From assembly GCA_027491395.1 (NCBI GenBank), contig JAOZFI010000004.1, forward strand, positions 1 through 17,847: a stretch of DNA of 17,847 bases, in the 5' to 3' direction. Source of the stretch: Thermoproteota archaeon. GTDB lineage: Archaea; Korarchaeota; Korarchaeia; Korarchaeales; Korarchaeaceae. A model generated the notes under the pieces. The model saw nothing but the letters and a program-made list of their open reading frames with translations. It was not told where the DNA came from and did no database searches. The position numbers were made by a program, and so were the translations under genes. Shown in pieces: positions 7,707 through 16,527 of this stretch; positions within the stretch are counted from its first letter, which is position 1; each line of letters opens with the position of its first letter.

Positions 7707-8134
7707 ATCCTCAGCCTCCCTACCTCAGCTTTCTGATAGCGGACAATGGCGCGGGGGTCCAGCTCCACGAGCCTCCTTATGGAGCCTCCACCGCCGTAGA
7801 CCCTGTCCCACCTAAGCACCCTCTCATCCACCAGGGTTCGGAGAGGTATGCCGACGGGAGGGACCTCCCCTACCCTGTACCCGGTGTGCTCCTCAACCTC
7901 CCTGGGCGAGGCAAGCCTGGCCCCCCTCCCCAGCTTGGAGAGATCGAGCCTCGATCTGCCGTCCAGTATGGCCAGGACGGGTCCCTCATCCGTTATCACC
8001 ACCAGCGTCTTGATTATCTGCTCCTCCTCAACCCCTAACTCCCTGGCGGCCTGCCTGACTGTCTTCACCTCTCCCCGGGTGGTTATGAGCCTGCCTCCCA
8101 GCTCCTCCACCAGCGACTCGAAGTCAGAGGTCAT
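7703..8134 (-). CDS. ybaK: YbaK/EbsC-family aminoacyl-tRNA deacylase
   Basis: TVRQAARELGV..QIIKTLVV (conserved Lys), RLASPREV..TGYRVGEVPPVG and VYGGGGS. The ATG at 8134 overlaps the upstream TGA. GTG 8137 is an alternative start. Confidence 0.85.
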   Translation of the reverse strand: MTSDFESLVEELGGRLITTRGEVKTVRQAARELGVEEEQIIKTLVVITDEGPVLAILDGRSRLDLSKLGRGARLASPREVEEHTGYRVGEVPPVGIPLRTLVDERVLRWDRVYGGGGSIRRLVELDPRAIVRYQKAEVGRLRI

Positions 8135-9435
8135 CACCCATTCCTCACCCCACTCCTCTTAAGCCTGCCCATCCCGTAGTTCATCAGGCCTATTATCAGG
8201 AGGGCAACAGCGAGCACGATCAGGAAGGCGCCCAGCTTCACAGCGTCCTCCTCACTTAGCCTGACCTCCGAACCCCCGCTGAGCTCCCACTCCCTAAGGA
8301 GATGGGCATCGGCCCTTCTCACCACAGCATTGACCCTCTCGACCGATAAGGTCAGGTTCTCCAAATCTACGCGCACCTCCCTAGTCCTCATCTCCACATC
8401 GAGCCTGTATCTGACCGCATTCAGGAATTCCTTCGAGTAGTTCAGGGGAGCCCTCAGCGGGGAGGGTGTGAGGACTCCCTTCACGGCCCCGGAATCGAGG
8501 ATCCAGACCCTCCTGTCAGTCACGACCACCGCATCCCGACCGTGTCGAAGCGCAGCAACTACCCTCTCAACGGGGGACGTTCTGACCCTCACCGCCCAAG
8601 TGGGCGATGTGGAGAGGAGAGCCCATCCGTCCTCCCCCCAGTAGGAGAAGAGATCATCGTACGCATGCTGAGGGGCTAGGGGAGCACACAGGACGCCAAC
8701 GACCTCCCCCGAGGGGAGCCAGAAGCCGGAAACCGGGGAGGGACCCCAGTTCTCTACCTCGGGCAGGTCGAGCGATCCCGCTAGGATGACCCCGCCGTCC
8801 GAGAGGGAAGTCACGTGCAGGGGCGGCTCAAGCTCGTATGCCCTGACAACTTCATCTCCCCTGAACTCGATGATGTACCAGATCCTCCCACCCCAAGAGG
8901 CTCCGGACACCAGTATACTTCCCTCGGAGACATCCGCCAAGCTTCCAGCTAGATCGAGCCACTTCGCCCATACCATTCCTTTTCCGTTCACCTTAGCAAT
9001 GAAAGGTCTTCGAATACCCTCCACGGGAACCGAGCCTCCTATGACGAAGCCGTCACCAGCGGGCACGGCGTCCCTTATCTCGAGAGGCCAGCTCGACGGG
9101 ATCAGGCGGTAAGCCCACCTGACGCTCCCGTTCGTGCTCAAATCCACTAGAAAAGCATTCTCCGGATCTTGAGCAGCTATCAACAGCTCGCTACCCGAGC
9201 TCCACATCCTGTAACTCAATCCCTTAACGGGCAGCTCGAGTTCGACAGACCAAGTCGTGCTCCAGTCGTTGAGGGAGAATGAGATCAGGTATGTTCTACC
9301 CTCGCTCCCCCTCGTGAGGAGGTAAAGTGACTCCCCCTCGATGACGCCGGCCTCTATACCTCCCAGCGGACCCGCGAGCGCGGTGCTGAGTGGAAGGTAC
9401 AGCAGCAAGAGGATCGCGATGAGAGAGGCCCTCAT
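8134..9435 (-). CDS. Secreted, C-terminally anchored surface protein, beta-rich or propeller-like
   Basis: Signal peptide MRASLIAILLLLYLPLSTALA; propeller-like repeats (FLVDLSTNGSVRWA, FIAKVNGKGMVWA); C-terminal TM LGAFLIVLAVALLIIGLM followed by basic residues. CTTAAG (9464-9459) lies 29 nt upstream. Confidence 0.75.
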   Translation of the reverse strand: MRASLIAILLLLYLPLSTALAGPLGGIEAGVIEGESLYLLTRGSEGRTYLISFSLNDWSTTWSVELELPVKGLSYRMWSSGSELLIAAQDPENAFLVDLSTNGSVRWAYRLIPSSWPLEIRDAVPAGDGFVIGGSVPVEGIRRPFIAKVNGKGMVWAKWLDLAGSLADVSEGSILVSGASWGGRIWYIIEFRGDEVVRAYELEPPLHVTSLSDGGVILAGSLDLPEVENWGPSPVSGFWLPSGEVVGVLCAPLAPQHAYDDLFSYWGEDGWALLSTSPTWAVRVRTSPVERVVAALRHGRDAVVVTDRRVWILDSGAVKGVLTPSPLRAPLNYSKEFLNAVRYRLDVEMRTREVRVDLENLTLSVERVNAVVRRADAHLLREWELSGGSEVRLSEEDAVKLGAFLIVLAVALLIIGLMNYGMGRLKRSGVRNG

Positions 9436-9801
9436 CGAGACTCTCTCCCGGCCCCCAACTTAAGCTTCATCATTCTTTATTTCTTTACATCCCGCCGATA
9501 GGTTCCCCTCAGATCCTCCGGACTCGCTGGTTCGCCAGCTTCTCGCACTCCAGTTCTCTGAAGTCCAGTTGGTCACGCACGGTTGGTGAGAAATGCGTCG
9601 TACAGCTTGGATAAAGGCAACGGCCATCCACCCTGCAACGACCTTCGTCCAAGATCATGAAGGGGCCGCGTGGCCTCCCGCTGGGGGATTACCAGCTGTA
9701 GGAGCGCGACTATCTTGAAGGACCCGACTTGACGGGCTGCTCGATGGTGAGCCCGAATTCCTTCAGCTAGGCATTCCCAAGTTTCCACCCGGCCCGCTCA
9801 A

Positions 9802-9808
9802 TTTATAA
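9802..9808 (+). promoter_or_regulatory. TATA box TTTATAA for the MFS gene
   Basis: Consensus archaeal TATA box 31 nt before ATG 9833. Confidence 0.65.
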
Positions 9809-9832
9809 TCGATGGAGGGGGGCTAGACCCAC

Positions 9833-11140
9833 ATGAGAAAAGAGAGGCTCGCCCTGATCATCACTCTACTGATAAGCTTGGTCATAGGCGTCGGGTTCTC
9901 CGCAGCCATGCCAGTCTTCCCTTACTTGGTGCTCGCCCTCAAGGGGATATTGACCCAGCTCCCGGAACTCACTCAGGGAGCGATAGCCGCTCACGAGGGG
10001 GCTGTGGAGTTCGGCGCCCTGATGGCTGCCTTCATGCTCTTCAGGGCGCCGATAGCAGCCTTTTCCGGAACTTTGAGCGATCTGCTGGGGAGGAAGACCC
10101 TCATACTGCTTGGAATGATAATCTACACGATCACCTCACTGGGCATGCTCTTGGTGGACGATGTCTTGGGCCTTATAGCTCTGAGGGCCCTCACCGGCGT
10201 AGCATCGGGCATCACGTGGCCGGTTGCAGAGGCATACCTGGCCGACGTCACCACGCCTCAGGAGAGGGGAAGGGCCATCTCCCTGTACATAATGACCCAG
10301 AACTTGGGCGATGTGGTGGGTCCGGGGATAGGGGCAGCGATTTACAAGCTCTATGTCCAGATGTTCGGCCCCCAGGATTACCTGTTCGCTCTAAAGACCC
10401 CCTTCTTGGTGATGGGTGGGCTGAGCCTCGTGGCCACAGCCCTCGCCGTGATGCTCCCCAAGGTGGTCCCCACGGTGAAGGGAGTCACCTCGGGCCTGAG
10501 GGAGATAGCATCAATCATCAGAAGCCTTCCCAGGTCTGTAGCCATAAGCATAAAGGCAATTTACGTGAACGGGGTCGGGAACGGTCTGGCCATGGGAATA
10601 ATGAACACGGCCCTCATAGTTTACGCGGTGGAGAGGATAGTGAAGGATCCCGCCATAATCGGGCTCGCGTTCACGATCATGGGCCTCTCCGCCCTCCCCA
10701 CGACCTTCCTCTCGGGATGGCTGAGCGACAGGTTCGAGCGGAGGAAGCCCTTCGTTCTGGCGAGCTACTTGGTCAGCAGGCCCGTGATATTCCTCATGCC
10801 CTTCCTAGCTGACGTGACCTCCTTCGCCTTGGCCCTGATAGCCTTCATGATGGCCTTCAGCATAGGGATGCCCATAATGAGGACCCTCCAATCTGAGCTA
10901 GTTGGTCAGGAGATAAGAGGGACTGTCTTCGGGGTTCAGCAACTCTTCTTCAACGTTGGCGTTGTTGTGGGAGCCATGGCGGGTAGCTACCTCGTCTCGG
11001 TCTATGCTCCCACCACCGTACGCATGCTCGGGCTGGAGCTGACGGGCTACGTCATACCCTTCTGGGCTGCCGGTGTTATAACAGTCCTCACCACCGTGAT
11101 CTTCGCCCTCTACGTGAAGGAGCCCGAGGTGAGACAGTGA
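9833..11140 (+). CDS. Major facilitator superfamily transporter
   Basis: About 12 hydrophobic helices. MFS motif A occurs twice (GTLSDLLGRK, GWLSDRFERRK). Also LRALTG, ERGRA and GPGIG, which are DHA1-like. Confidence 0.93.
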   Translation: MRKERLALIITLLISLVIGVGFSAAMPVFPYLVLALKGILTQLPELTQGAIAAHEGAVEFGALMAAFMLFRAPIAAFSGTLSDLLGRKTLILLGMIIYTITSLGMLLVDDVLGLIALRALTGVASGITWPVAEAYLADVTTPQERGRAISLYIMTQNLGDVVGPGIGAAIYKLYVQMFGPQDYLFALKTPFLVMGGLSLVATALAVMLPKVVPTVKGVTSGLREIASIIRSLPRSVAISIKAIYVNGVGNGLAMGIMNTALIVYAVERIVKDPAIIGLAFTIMGLSALPTTFLSGWLSDRFERRKPFVLASYLVSRPVIFLMPFLADVTSFALALIAFMMAFSIGMPIMRTLQSELVGQEIRGTVFGVQQLFFNVGVVVGAMAGSYLVSVYAPTTVRMLGLELTGYVIPFWAAGVITVLTTVIFALYVKEPEVRQ

Positions 11141-11147
11141 TATCAGT

Positions 11148-11609
11148 TCACCCGTACCTCTCCTTCCATCCCTTCAGATCCACCACATCGAGTCCCCTCT
11201 CCCCGGCGTACCTCACGACCCTCTCCCTCAAGAGGTGATAATCTTCAGTGACCAGAACGCCCCCGACCTCCAGTCCCGTGGACAGGACGATAGCGTCCGA
11301 TGCGTAAAGCCCAAACTCCATTACCAGCTCGATTCCCCTCCACTTCACTCTGCTCAACGGGACCGCCTTCCACACATAATGGTCCTCCATCATCTCCATA
11401 ACCATAATAGCCTTCTTCATCTTCTCCCTAGGATACGAGGCCTTCTGAAGGGCCCTGATCACCTCCAAAGGAAGGATCTCCGGGATGAACGCGATCACCT
11501 CCATGTTCAGCACCTTGGACTTGAGGAGGAGCGCCTCCCGCTCCCCCTTCTCCCCGACCTTGAACCACTTGACCACCACCGAGGAATCAAGGACCAGCGG
11601 AGTGGACAT
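11148..11609 (-). CDS. vapC: VapC PIN-domain ribonuclease toxin
   Basis: LVLDSSVVVKW, LEV..AL, YASDA, LVTED: the conserved acidic PIN residues are present. The gene overlaps the upstream antitoxin. Confidence 0.92.
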   Translation of the reverse strand: MSTPLVLDSSVVVKWFKVGEKGEREALLLKSKVLNMEVIAFIPEILPLEVIRALQKASYPREKMKKAIMVMEMMEDHYVWKAVPLSRVKWRGIELVMEFGLYASDAIVLSTGLEVGGVLVTEDYHLLRERVVRYAGERGLDVVDLKGWKERYG

Positions 11610-11847
11610 CTTCCTCCTCCCTGCCCTCCAATAGCTTCTCGGACACGCTAGGCATGCCCTCAGTCCCCTTTCGGATCTCCTCTATGAGAGAATCGATCTC
11701 TTTAACCTTTTCACGAGCAATAAGCAGCCTCAACGCCTCTTCGACTGCCTCCTTCTTCGATTTGAACCTCTTTCTCCTGACAAGCTCTTCTATCTCCCTC
11801 AACAGTTTGCTACTCACCCTCACATTCATCTGAACTTCTTGAGACAT
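11587..11847 (-). CDS. vapB: VapB ribbon-helix-helix antitoxin
   Basis: VQMNVRVSSKLLREIEELV....FKSKKEAVEEALR is an RHH (CopG/MetJ) pattern. The C-terminus SEKLLEGREE precedes and overlaps vapC. GTG 11850 is an alternative start. Confidence 0.88.
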   Translation of the reverse strand: MSQEVQMNVRVSSKLLREIEELVRRKRFKSKKEAVEEALRLLIAREKVKEIDSLIEEIRKGTEGMPSVSEKLLEGREEEDVHSAGP

Positions 11848-11852
11848 CACTG

Positions 11853-11880
11853 TATATTATATCATGGTAGGCTAATATAA
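11853..11880 (-). promoter_or_regulatory. vapBC promoter with inverted-repeat operator
   Basis: TATATTA (11853-11859) and TAATATA (11873-11879) form an inverted repeat overlapping the minus-strand TTATAT box at 11880-11875. Confidence 0.5.
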
Positions 11881-12008
11881 TCGTATAGCAGGTTATGCTA
11901 ACCATATGTTGTAGTCCCGGGCCTTAGGAGACATCACAAACATAAAGCCTCGAAGGTGACCCAGCTCCACATTGAACGATTATATTCCCTTCCATCCAGT
12001 ACACGAGG

Positions 12009-12650
12009 ATGTTCAGGGAGATACAGGAGACCTTCCTCTTGGTACAGCTCGAGAGGCTCGTCGACGAGGCGATCGATCATTCAGTGGAGCGCCTCAGATC
12101 CAGTGGATTTGCTCTGTCCGATGGAGATGTTCAGAAGCTCCTGAATGCCTGCCTCGATATGATGGAGAGGAGCCCTAGCCACTTCCCCTCGGCCCAAGAG
12201 ACAGCCTTCCAGGAATTTTTCAAGTTCTTCAAGAAGTACTTGGAGGAGAGGGTCTGGTACTTCGTTTGGAGGCTCATGTCCCTCAGGGGAGTCAGGGTGA
12301 CGGAGATATTCGTCGCCGACAGGGTGGGCGGTGAGGGGTTGAGGTCAGGAAGGCCGATCATGGGGAGAGACATAGACTACTTGGTGATTGTCGATGGGGA
12401 CCTAGACGAAGCGAGGGCCGCCGCGAAGGAGGTGGAGGAGGTCATGAACAGGACCATAGGTGGAAGGGTCAGCGAGCTCCTGAGGAGGAAGGTGAGCGAC
12501 AGGGTGTTGAGAGAGTGCAAGTTCTTTTCCCTCGTGGAGATAGATGTCTTCTCAGATGAGAAGGAGGCGAGGGCGTGGGCTCCCCTGAGAGAGATCGACC
12601 GGAGCAGCTACTTGAGGGTCAGGGCTAGGGAGCTTTTTTCATCCCTATGA
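12009..12650 (+). CDS. Hypothetical protein: N-terminal helical domain plus Pol-beta-like nucleotidyltransferase domain
   Basis: LRGVRVTEIFV...GRDIDYLVIVDG (DxD at 12369-12377) and a later VEIDVF strand fit the NTase fold. The canonical GS motif is missing. TTATAT at 11980 lies 29 nt upstream. Confidence 0.6.
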   Translation: MFREIQETFLLVQLERLVDEAIDHSVERLRSSGFALSDGDVQKLLNACLDMMERSPSHFPSAQETAFQEFFKFFKKYLEERVWYFVWRLMSLRGVRVTEIFVADRVGGEGLRSGRPIMGRDIDYLVIVDGDLDEARAAAKEVEEVMNRTIGGRVSELLRRKVSDRVLRECKFFSLVEIDVFSDEKEARAWAPLREIDRSSYLRVRARELFSSL

Positions 12651-12703
12651 TCGGTGTGTGACCTGATCCCCTCAGCGGGCCCCGATGCCCCGTCCCCCCG
12701 ATC

Positions 12704-12725
12704 TTCCCCTAGAGCTAGAGGGGAA
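12704..12725. terminator. Stem-loop between convergent genes (possible terminator)
   Basis: TTCCCCT/AGGGGAA inverted repeat with an 8-nt loop, between the stops at 12650 and 12739. Confidence 0.3.
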
Positions 12726-12738
12726 AGGGAAGGAGGGC

Positions 12739-14676
12739 TCAGGTCAGCAGCTTCCTCACTACCGGACCCATCATGGCTCCCAAGGCCATGAAGGAGAGGA
12801 CAGCCGAGGAACTGCTGATCTGCATGAGAAGGTCCCACCTGAGGAGCCACGATACTAGCATTCCCATCGAGGAGATAATCGCCGCGAGTTCAGCGATCGC
12901 CAGCTGTCTAGGTTCCAGCTTCCTGAGGAGGGATAGAGGTAGACCCACGTAGATTAGCCCGATCAGGAAGCTGGAGATCAGGCCAATGGATACGACGGTC
13001 AGCTCAGAGCTCGGGAGGAAGCTTGAGAGGGTGCTGGCCGCGCCTAGGATCGCTATCAGAGGAGTGATGGCTATCTTCACGGCGGATCTCGCCGCCCAGT
13101 TGTGCCTGAGCCACTCCGCCACCTCAGGGCTCCAGGAGTAGTAGAATGCATTGAATACGCTAAGGAACCTGGAGCCGGAGTAGGTGGCCATCACCGTTGC
13201 ATCCCTGAAACTCCTCAGCTTCTCCACGATTCCGCTATCCTCCCCGTAAGTGACGGTGGCGATTATACACTTGGACTCACCGGCCTCAACGGTGATGGTG
13301 AGCGTGGCGGACCTGACCAAGCTACCTGACCTTCCTTCCACCACCACCGTGTAGGTCCCGGGCTCGTTGCCTGCCTTCACTATAAGGGAAGCTGTCTCTC
13401 CGAGCTCCACCGTGCTGTCGGGCGAGAAGGCGAATGACAGGGTCGGAGGTCCAGTGACTCTCAGGACGACCGGCTGCGCGAGCCCGTTACCCCTGACCGT
13501 TACAGCCACTGAACCGCTGCCCCCCTTCTGAAGGAAGATAGAGCTTGGGACGAGCTCTATCGAGAAGTCAGCCTGAGCGGGAGTTGATGTCAGAGGTTGC
13601 GAGGTCGTTGCCGGGGCTGAGGTGGGCTGACCCTCCACCAGAAGGGTGATGGTCCTTTGCTCGCTTCTACCCCCTCCCGAGATGGTCACTGTTAGCATGT
13701 AGCTCACGGGCTGAACATTCTGCCCCACTGAGATCTTCGCCTGGGCTACGAAGTTAGGTACCGTGTTGTTTATGTCGATACTGGCCGTAGCACCGTCAGG
13801 CAGCCCCCTAATCATTACGGTCACGGGAGAGTCGAACTCGCCTTCCTTGTACACTCTTACGGTGAGTATGCCCGTCCCGCCGGGCCTGACCTTGAGGGTC
13901 TTGGGGAGGACCGAGACGGACAGGTTCCCTCTAGCCCGGGTCCTCGTCTCAGTCGTCGTGGTGGTCACCCCGCCACCACCGACGACGATGATCTTGGCCG
14001 TGGCCTTCTTGACCTTGCCACCTCCCCTAGCAGTTACCATTATCTCGTAGGTGCCGGGAGGGGTGTTTGGGGTGGTAACCACCTTGAGGATGATGTCAGT
14101 ACCGGAACGCACCTCCATCTGCTGGTAGGAATAGGGAGGCAGGTCGGACACGCTGTAGTGAACGGTCTCAGCGAACCCGCCCGTGGGTATGAGAACTATA
14201 GTGAAGTTGGCTGTCTGGCCGGGATCTATAGATACCGTTGAGGGCCTCAGCTTTACGCGGAAATCGGGCCCACCTCCTCCACCGCCACCCGAGACGATGA
14301 GGGTAGCGGAGGCCACCTTGCTCCTCCCTTCGGCTGAGGCCTTGAGTTTCACCTCGTATGTGCCAGGGGGTGTGTTCTCCGTTGTGTATATCTTGAGCTG
14401 GAGCTTCCCCGCAGCGGGCTTGATCTCGTAGAAGCAGTTGGGAGGGACGCTGAGGACGTCGAACTTGAGAGTACCAGTGAATCCCCCCGTGGTGGTGACG
14501 ATCACGTCGAACTCCGCCTTCTCTCCCGGAATGACCTCTAGCTCATCAGGTTCCAAGTCTATATCGAAATCCGGTTCCTGTAAATAGGGTTGCAGGTCGA
14601 TGGAGAAGTCAGCCGCCCGGATTGCGACCAAGGGCAGGAGCAGGAGGAACAACAGGAGGACCAGCTTGGAAGACAT
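12739..14676 (-). CDS. Cell-surface protein with four Ig-like repeats and a CFI-box-CTERM domain
   Basis: Signal peptide, then four repeats of about 95 aa (DF.I.L.P...PG...GGF...LPP...TPPGTY.I.V.A.G) separated by Gly/Thr/Pro linkers. These are followed by CIIATVTYG..VEKLRSFRD..SGSRFLSVFNAFYYSWSPEVAEWL and C-terminal TM helices. Confidence 0.88.
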   Translation of the reverse strand: MSSKLVLLLFLLLLPLVAIRAADFSIDLQPYLQEPDFDIDLEPDELEVIPGEKAEFDVIVTTTGGFTGTLKFDVLSVPPNCFYEIKPAAGKLQLKIYTTENTPPGTYEVKLKASAEGRSKVASATLIVSGGGGGGGPDFRVKLRPSTVSIDPGQTANFTIVLIPTGGFAETVHYSVSDLPPYSYQQMEVRSGTDIILKVVTTPNTPPGTYEIMVTARGGGKVKKATAKIIVVGGGGVTTTTTETRTRARGNLSVSVLPKTLKVRPGGTGILTVRVYKEGEFDSPVTVMIRGLPDGATASIDINNTVPNFVAQAKISVGQNVQPVSYMLTVTISGGGRSEQRTITLLVEGQPTSAPATTSQPLTSTPAQADFSIELVPSSIFLQKGGSGSVAVTVRGNGLAQPVVLRVTGPPTLSFAFSPDSTVELGETASLIVKAGNEPGTYTVVVEGRSGSLVRSATLTITVEAGESKCIIATVTYGEDSGIVEKLRSFRDATVMATYSGSRFLSVFNAFYYSWSPEVAEWLRHNWAARSAVKIAITPLIAILGAASTLSSFLPSSELTVVSIGLISSFLIGLIYVGLPLSLLRKLEPRQLAIAELAAIISSMGMLVSWLLRWDLLMQISSSSAVLSFMALGAMMGPVVRKLLT

Positions 14677-14736
14677 GATAACACGTTCGTTTTAGTAACC
14701 AGATAATTAAAAATGATGGGTTAAACTCTTAAACGT

Positions 14737-15648
14737 TCAGTTCGAGGGGAGGAACTCCCTGAGCCTCCTTATCTCGTTCCTTATCTTGGCTATCACGTAT
14801 AGCTGAAATGAGGTGATGATGAGGAGGAAACCCGCTATTGAGGAACCGACCGATATCAGAGCCATCGGGACGCTGAAGTACTTGGTCGAGAGGTAGAGAT
14901 CGAGGGCCCACCATCCGAAGAAAAGACCCACAATCACGAGGACGGCTCCGGGCATTCCTAGGTAGAGGAGGGGTCTCTCCTCCAGTATTATCCTTAGTAG
15001 GGTGGCGATCAACTCCGAGAAATGGAGGACAGGATTCTTGGAGGGCTTGGCCCCCCCGTATGAGACTGTGATAGGAACCTCCCTCACCCTCAAGCCAGCC
15101 CCCGCAATCTCCTTCAGGATTCCGTAGCTCACAGCCATCCCCTTCTCCATCGCATCCGCCGCCACCTTCAGCGCACGCTTCGAGTAAGCCCTCATGCCGC
15201 TCTGAGTGTCCCTTATATCCAGTCCCACGGCCCTCCTCCCCACCCGGTTGAGGAACCTCAGAGCTAATCTCCTCAGGAAGGACATGCCAGGGGCTCCACC
15301 GCCCTCTACGAACCTGGAGCCTATCACCACATCGGCCTCTCCTCTCTCCACGGGATCGATTAGGGCCGGGATGAAATCTGGATCGTGCTGCCCGTCCGCA
15401 TCCAAGGTGACGGCCACGTCCACGTTCCTGCGCAGGGCCTCGAGGAAGAGGGTCCTTAGGGCGGCCCCATAACCCATGTTCCTCTCATGCCTCACCACCA
15501 CGGCCCCCAAATCCTTGGCCACCTCGGATCTCATGTCCGAGGACCCATCGTCGCACACTATCACCATGTCGACGTGCTTCCTAGCCTTGAGTATCACGGG
15601 CGCTATCCTAGACTCCTCATTGTAGGCCGGAATGAGGGCCGCCCTCAT
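14737..15648 (-). CDS. GT2 glycosyltransferase (DPM/DPG synthase-like) with two C-terminal TM helices
   Basis: IPAYNEE, VCDDGSSD, RNMGYGAAL, TLDADGQHDP, VIGSRF, DTQSGMRAY and ERPL followed by two TM helices. The probable start is ATG 15648; the ORF track gives 15675. Confidence 0.93.
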   Translation of the reverse strand: MRAALIPAYNEESRIAPVILKARKHVDMVIVCDDGSSDMRSEVAKDLGAVVVRHERNMGYGAALRTLFLEALRRNVDVAVTLDADGQHDPDFIPALIDPVERGEADVVIGSRFVEGGGAPGMSFLRRLALRFLNRVGRRAVGLDIRDTQSGMRAYSKRALKVAADAMEKGMAVSYGILKEIAGAGLRVREVPITVSYGGAKPSKNPVLHFSELIATLLRIILEERPLLYLGMPGAVLVIVGLFFGWWALDLYLSTKYFSVPMALISVGSSIAGFLLIITSFQLYVIAKIRNEIRRLREFLPSN

Positions 15649-15768
15649 TTTCCATCCGATCCACTCCATGCCCATTCTTTTTAAGGGGTTTGGTCTCTGA
15701 GCGGCCCCGTTCTCGAACGCATCTGCGTTTCAGTTGAAGATCTTAACGGAAATCGTTTTTACCTGCCA

Positions 15769-16407
15769 ATGTCGAGGGAAATCGGATCTTCATTGGATGA
15801 GACTGGCCCCGTTAGGTTCAGTTGGATACCCATTAGAGATGTCGGAGGAGAGTTAGACGAGGAGAGGGCACGGTACGAGTGGGTGGAGGATTACAGGGAC
15901 GGCACTCTCAGGTACGTGAGAGTGATCGGTGATAGAGCGGCCGTGATACATGTTTCACCCCACTCAAGTGGCCAGGTGATCCACGAGCTGATGGAGGCAC
16001 TCCCCCATCTAGGTGCCGAAATGGAGGGGCTCGAGAGGGCCTGGAGGGGACTGGTGGAGACCTGGAGGGAGGTCAGTCTTGAGTTCGGTGCGGACGGATG
16101 GGTCTCGGTGCCCTACGGTCCACTGATCTGGTTTCATGGTCAGGATTCCGTGAACGAGCTCCTCTCTGACATGGGACTAGAACTCATGGAGGATTACGAT
16201 GGGGTGACTAGAGTGAGGGCCTACTCAGGGAGGCCCTTCAAGGTGGAGTCTCTCTCGAGGGCGCTGAGACTCTTCACCCTAGGAATCAGGATGTACTCTG
16301 CGATAAAGAGCGTTCAGGAGGGGGAGGCGGTGAAGATAGTCCTATCCATGCTATCTCTCATAGGGGTTGGCGGAAGGAATGGAAGTTTTAGGGCGGAAGG
16401 ACCTTGA
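15769..16407 (+). CDS. Hypothetical protein
   Basis: 212-aa ORF with host-like codon use and CTTAAC 27 nt upstream. No family was recognised. Confidence 0.7.
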   Translation: MSREIGSSLDETGPVRFSWIPIRDVGGELDEERARYEWVEDYRDGTLRYVRVIGDRAAVIHVSPHSSGQVIHELMEALPHLGAEMEGLERAWRGLVETWREVSLEFGADGWVSVPYGPLIWFHGQDSVNELLSDMGLELMEDYDGVTRVRAYSGRPFKVESLSRALRLFTLGIRMYSAIKSVQEGEAVKIVLSMLSLIGVGGRNGSFRAEGP

Positions 16408-16527
16408 AGGACCACATGGTCCCGGCAATTCAAGTAAGCGCGCGACCTAGAGATCGATGAGGAGATGGCTAGGATCTCATTAGAGACATGCGAGAAGCTC
16501 CACGACATCTCGGGTGATCTCGAATGA
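16390..16527 (+). pseudogene. 3' remnant of a HEPN gene
   Basis: Reads ..KDLE/DH.VPA.. across indels, then ARDLEIDEEMARISLETCEKLHDISGDLE-stop, which resembles the HEPN terminal helix. Its TGA overlaps the next ATG (ATGA 16524-16527) after a GGTGAT SD-like motif. Confidence 0.5.

Noticed and set aside
10216-10812. 198-aa alternative-frame ORF inside the MFS gene, and antisense ORFs within other long genes
   Set aside because: These are typical stop-poor shadow frames of hydrophobic, GC3-rich genes, with no independent evidence.
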